A stretch of DNA of 64,000 nucleotides, taken from NCBI RefSeq assembly GCF_041956535.1, contig NW_027192197.1, positions 1,178,341 to 1,242,340 on the forward strand. Direction: 5' to 3'. Positions within the stretch are counted from its first letter, which is position 1. Every line of letters starts with the position of its first letter. This document shows, piece by piece, positions 61,484 through 64,000 of this stretch. The notes under the pieces are model-generated. The model saw only the letters and a list, made by a program, of their open reading frames with translations, did no database searches and had not been told where the DNA came from. The translations under genes and the position numbers were made by a program. Origin of the DNA: Calcarisporiella thermophila CBS 279.70. Lineage: Eukaryota > Fungi > Calcarisporiellomycota.

Positions 61484-62479
61484 ATAAAGTCATTTTTGTT
61501 GTGTAATTTAAATAAACATTCAATTAGGACAATAATTAATTCTTTATCTTATAAAATCAATACCTCCATATCCTTTTGTAAAATTTGAATTGGATGAGCA
61601 TGTGAAATTTTAAAAAGAAAAATAAAATAGAGGGCTCACACTAATACTTGAAATATACTTCAACTAATTTAAATAAGATTAACTAAAACACCGAGTAATT
61701 GAAATTGAAAGTAATGGTATATTATAGCTTTGCGAATGTCTCATATACAAGGTTTTCTGCAAATCTAAAATGCAGAGGATAGAATATACGATACCTAAGT
61801 TACATTTGTTAGTTTCAGAGCGAAATAGCGCATTGTGATTGGTTAATGATTTTTAGTAGCCAGTTAAAATGCAGAATTTTGCTTAAAAATAAGCAAAATA
61901 ATCCGAATAAGCCTCCAATTGTTACTCTCCATTTTCTTTCCTGCAATATCGATTCAAACTGCAAGAATCGCGAAAGAACACATAATTTCTCATCTTCATC
62001 AGCACTTGCCTTTGTATTTTACTGGGTGATATCTAAATTCTCTTGAAGCTGGTTCTCTAAGATTTCCAATGGGGATCGGGAGAGTATATCAAAGTTCCAG
62101 GCTAGATATCTGGAAGGACTTGTCAGCTATTGATAAGTGAGTTTGAGGAACATACAAGTAAAGAAAGGTAAATTGTTAACTTCAGGTACACGAGCGCTCT
62201 GATAGGTAAGTCTTCCCTGCTCAAGAAAGCGAGACTTATATTTGACTGCTTCTGAAGAATAATTCACAGAGATGAAATTTAACTAGTAGATTACTGTACG
62301 AGACCAATTTTTTTGAATAAAACTTTTTCGGACATTTATACCCAAAGGTTAAGCTCGTGAATTTAGTATATTTACGTAAATAGAAGAATGCATATTTAAA
62401 GAAAATATTTCAACACGAAAACCATGGAGATAAAGACAATAGTAGCTTATTTATTTTGATATTCCGTCGTCATACTAAC

Positions 62480-62904
62480 TCAACAACGACGTGCGCAGAC
62501 GGAGCGATCGGGGCCGAGATTGCAACATTTTGTGCCCGGCCAGCAGGGGTAAGGGCTGGGACCAGCGATGCCTGAACAGAGCCCTCCCTCTGGTATAAAT
62601 TTTTCTGGACACTTAGTTCCAGCATAGCATAGGCCAACATCAGGGAAAACGTTACAACAGACCCCCTTTGCACATTTTCCTATTGGTCCTGCAATACTCG
62701 AGCATTGCTCCCCCTCAGGTATAGCTAGAGAAATAGAAAAGCAAATAAAATTTTAACCGTTTTCACTAAAAACACCAGCCGTAGTTGATTCGTACTTTTT
62801 GTCTGTCTTTTTTCATGGTCGAGCACAGGGCGAGGACTCGCTGATACAATTTGCTGAAGGGTCAATACAACCACGACATTGGCAACTAATTTAAGAAGAT
62901 GCAT
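62480..62904 (-). CDS. Secreted cysteine-rich peptide precursor (117 aa) with two tandem knottin-like 6-Cys repeats; exons 62904-62796, 62724-62480 (not in the ORF track)
   Basis: MHLLKLVANVVVVLTLQQIVSASPRPVLDHEKR-QTKTIPEGEQCSSIAGPIGKCAKGVCCNVFPDVGLCYAGTKCPEKF-IPEGGLCSGIAGPSPYPCWPGTKCCNLGPDRSVCARRC*; 71-nt GT-AG intron. Confidence 0.88.
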
Positions 62905-64000
62905 TTTGCTTGATTCTTATTCTGTTCAGAAAAGCGAGTTCTTTGGAGTGCAGATCGTATCAAACCAAACAATGATTTTATCCTGAGCTATCAGACTTCC
63001 TTTTTATAACATTTTATAACGTTCAGGCGAGTTGATGACTCTGAACGAGTTGCTTCAACGAAATATGTAGATTAGTTTGGTTGCCGCAAACATCATCATA
63101 CGGGCTTCTCAGAGGGTTGCAAAATGATGGGCAAAATATTACTGATGGGGCGCCCGATGCCCAATCAGAAGCGCAGTTATTTTGGAACAGTGTGTGCTTC
63201 CACGCCTAAAGAGGTATTATTGACTCTTCCAGGCTTAGTACATGGTTACGTGGTATGCAAAACAAGGAAGATTTCGGAAGAGGATGGGAAAAAACACGAG
63301 TTTAGTGCTAAATCGGGTTGGGATTGCGCTGTCCTGCTAAGCAAATGCTTATTACCCAGCTTTTTAGGCAAATCAGCGGTGAGATGCATAAAATGGTAAA
63401 CTGTGGTGTCCCTACGCAGCGATCAGACAAAGAATGAATGCAACCCATGGCTAAAAGCGGCAATGAATACCGGATTATTTCTTAGCAACCAGCATTATGA
63501 AATGTACCACAAACTGGCCTCCACATTTATTTAAGCGTGTGCTTCACCAACAATGGAAGATTTCATACATCATTGCCATATATCTACAGTCGAATTTTGC
63601 TTCGATATTTCCATGCGGATCTTTATGGCTCATTTTTAGGAAATTCAATTGGTTTTGTGACTCAGCGTTGCTATGTTAGGGTAACTTCGAGTAAAGTTTA
63701 AGAAAGTAGACAGAAACTGTAAATAGCAGAAACAATAATTAGTCTAGCATAGAGAATCACTAGCGGAGTCTAGAGATTCAGCTTGTTGGTGGAATGTTAA
63801 TCTAAGTTGTGCAATGAATTGCAGCCAGTTAGAGATGCTCTTTACAAGTATTTCTGTAACTGGAGAGAGTATGTCATTGCTCAGTGGGAAAATCAAGGAA
63901 TTAGTAAGGAGTAAAAACTATGTTTGTTTTTAAAATCAACTAAGAAATACATATGGGAGTTTCCAGAATGAATCAGACAATAAATATATAAGGAAATTAT

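Noticed and set aside
62470-62673. 67-aa ORF or a structured ncRNA in this GC-richer patch
   Set aside because: The patch is explained by exon 2 of the double-knottin gene in a different frame.
1-64000. CRISPR arrays, rRNA genes, prokaryotic operons or bacterial contamination
   Set aside because: No spaced direct repeats or rRNA signatures were seen. The bacterial-like domains are flanked by, or spliced to, intron-containing eukaryotic sequence.

Overview
This is eukaryotic DNA with short GT-AG introns, almost certainly from an early-diverging fungus (Zoopagomycota/Mucoromycota-like; inferred from gene content such as an animal/plant-type DHCR24 alongside fungal CHO2, ERG9, UBP2, a PCL cyclin and GCN4). 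The left part (1 to ~40.4 kb) is a gene-dense core region: a CH/C1-domain Cdc15-like kinase, CHO2, ERG9, UBP2, a GCN4/CPC1 bZIP with two uORFs, a PCL1-like cyclin, an EOS1-GT31-GT32 glycosyltransferase fusion, an FGGY kinase, DHCR24, CDC20, CDC37, two tandem alkenal reductases and a bacterial-like FAD monooxygenase. An intron-containing tRNA-Ala(TGC) at 40750-40833 marks the switch to a gene-sparse, increasingly AT-rich accessory region made almost entirely of secreted-protein genes and transposon debris. The main discovery candidate is there. Three secreted proteins (41154, 49893, 52517) share the same 38-aa N/Q/G-rich module right after a K/E-R processing site, with no gaps in the alignment and an intron at the identical position. 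The module is fused to three unrelated tails, one of which is an intact phage/Bacillus-type poly-gamma-glutamate hydrolase. The same region holds a secreted toxin-like precursor with a Cys-RKR...RR-Cys loop and a colicin-D-like C-terminus, a double-knottin peptide gene missed by the ORF track, a secreted DUF985 cupin, a DJ-1/PfpI enzyme, a GPCR, and a decayed Ty3/Gypsy element carrying two nested solo LTRs with perfect target-site duplications. All family assignments come from motif recognition by eye; no database searches were run.
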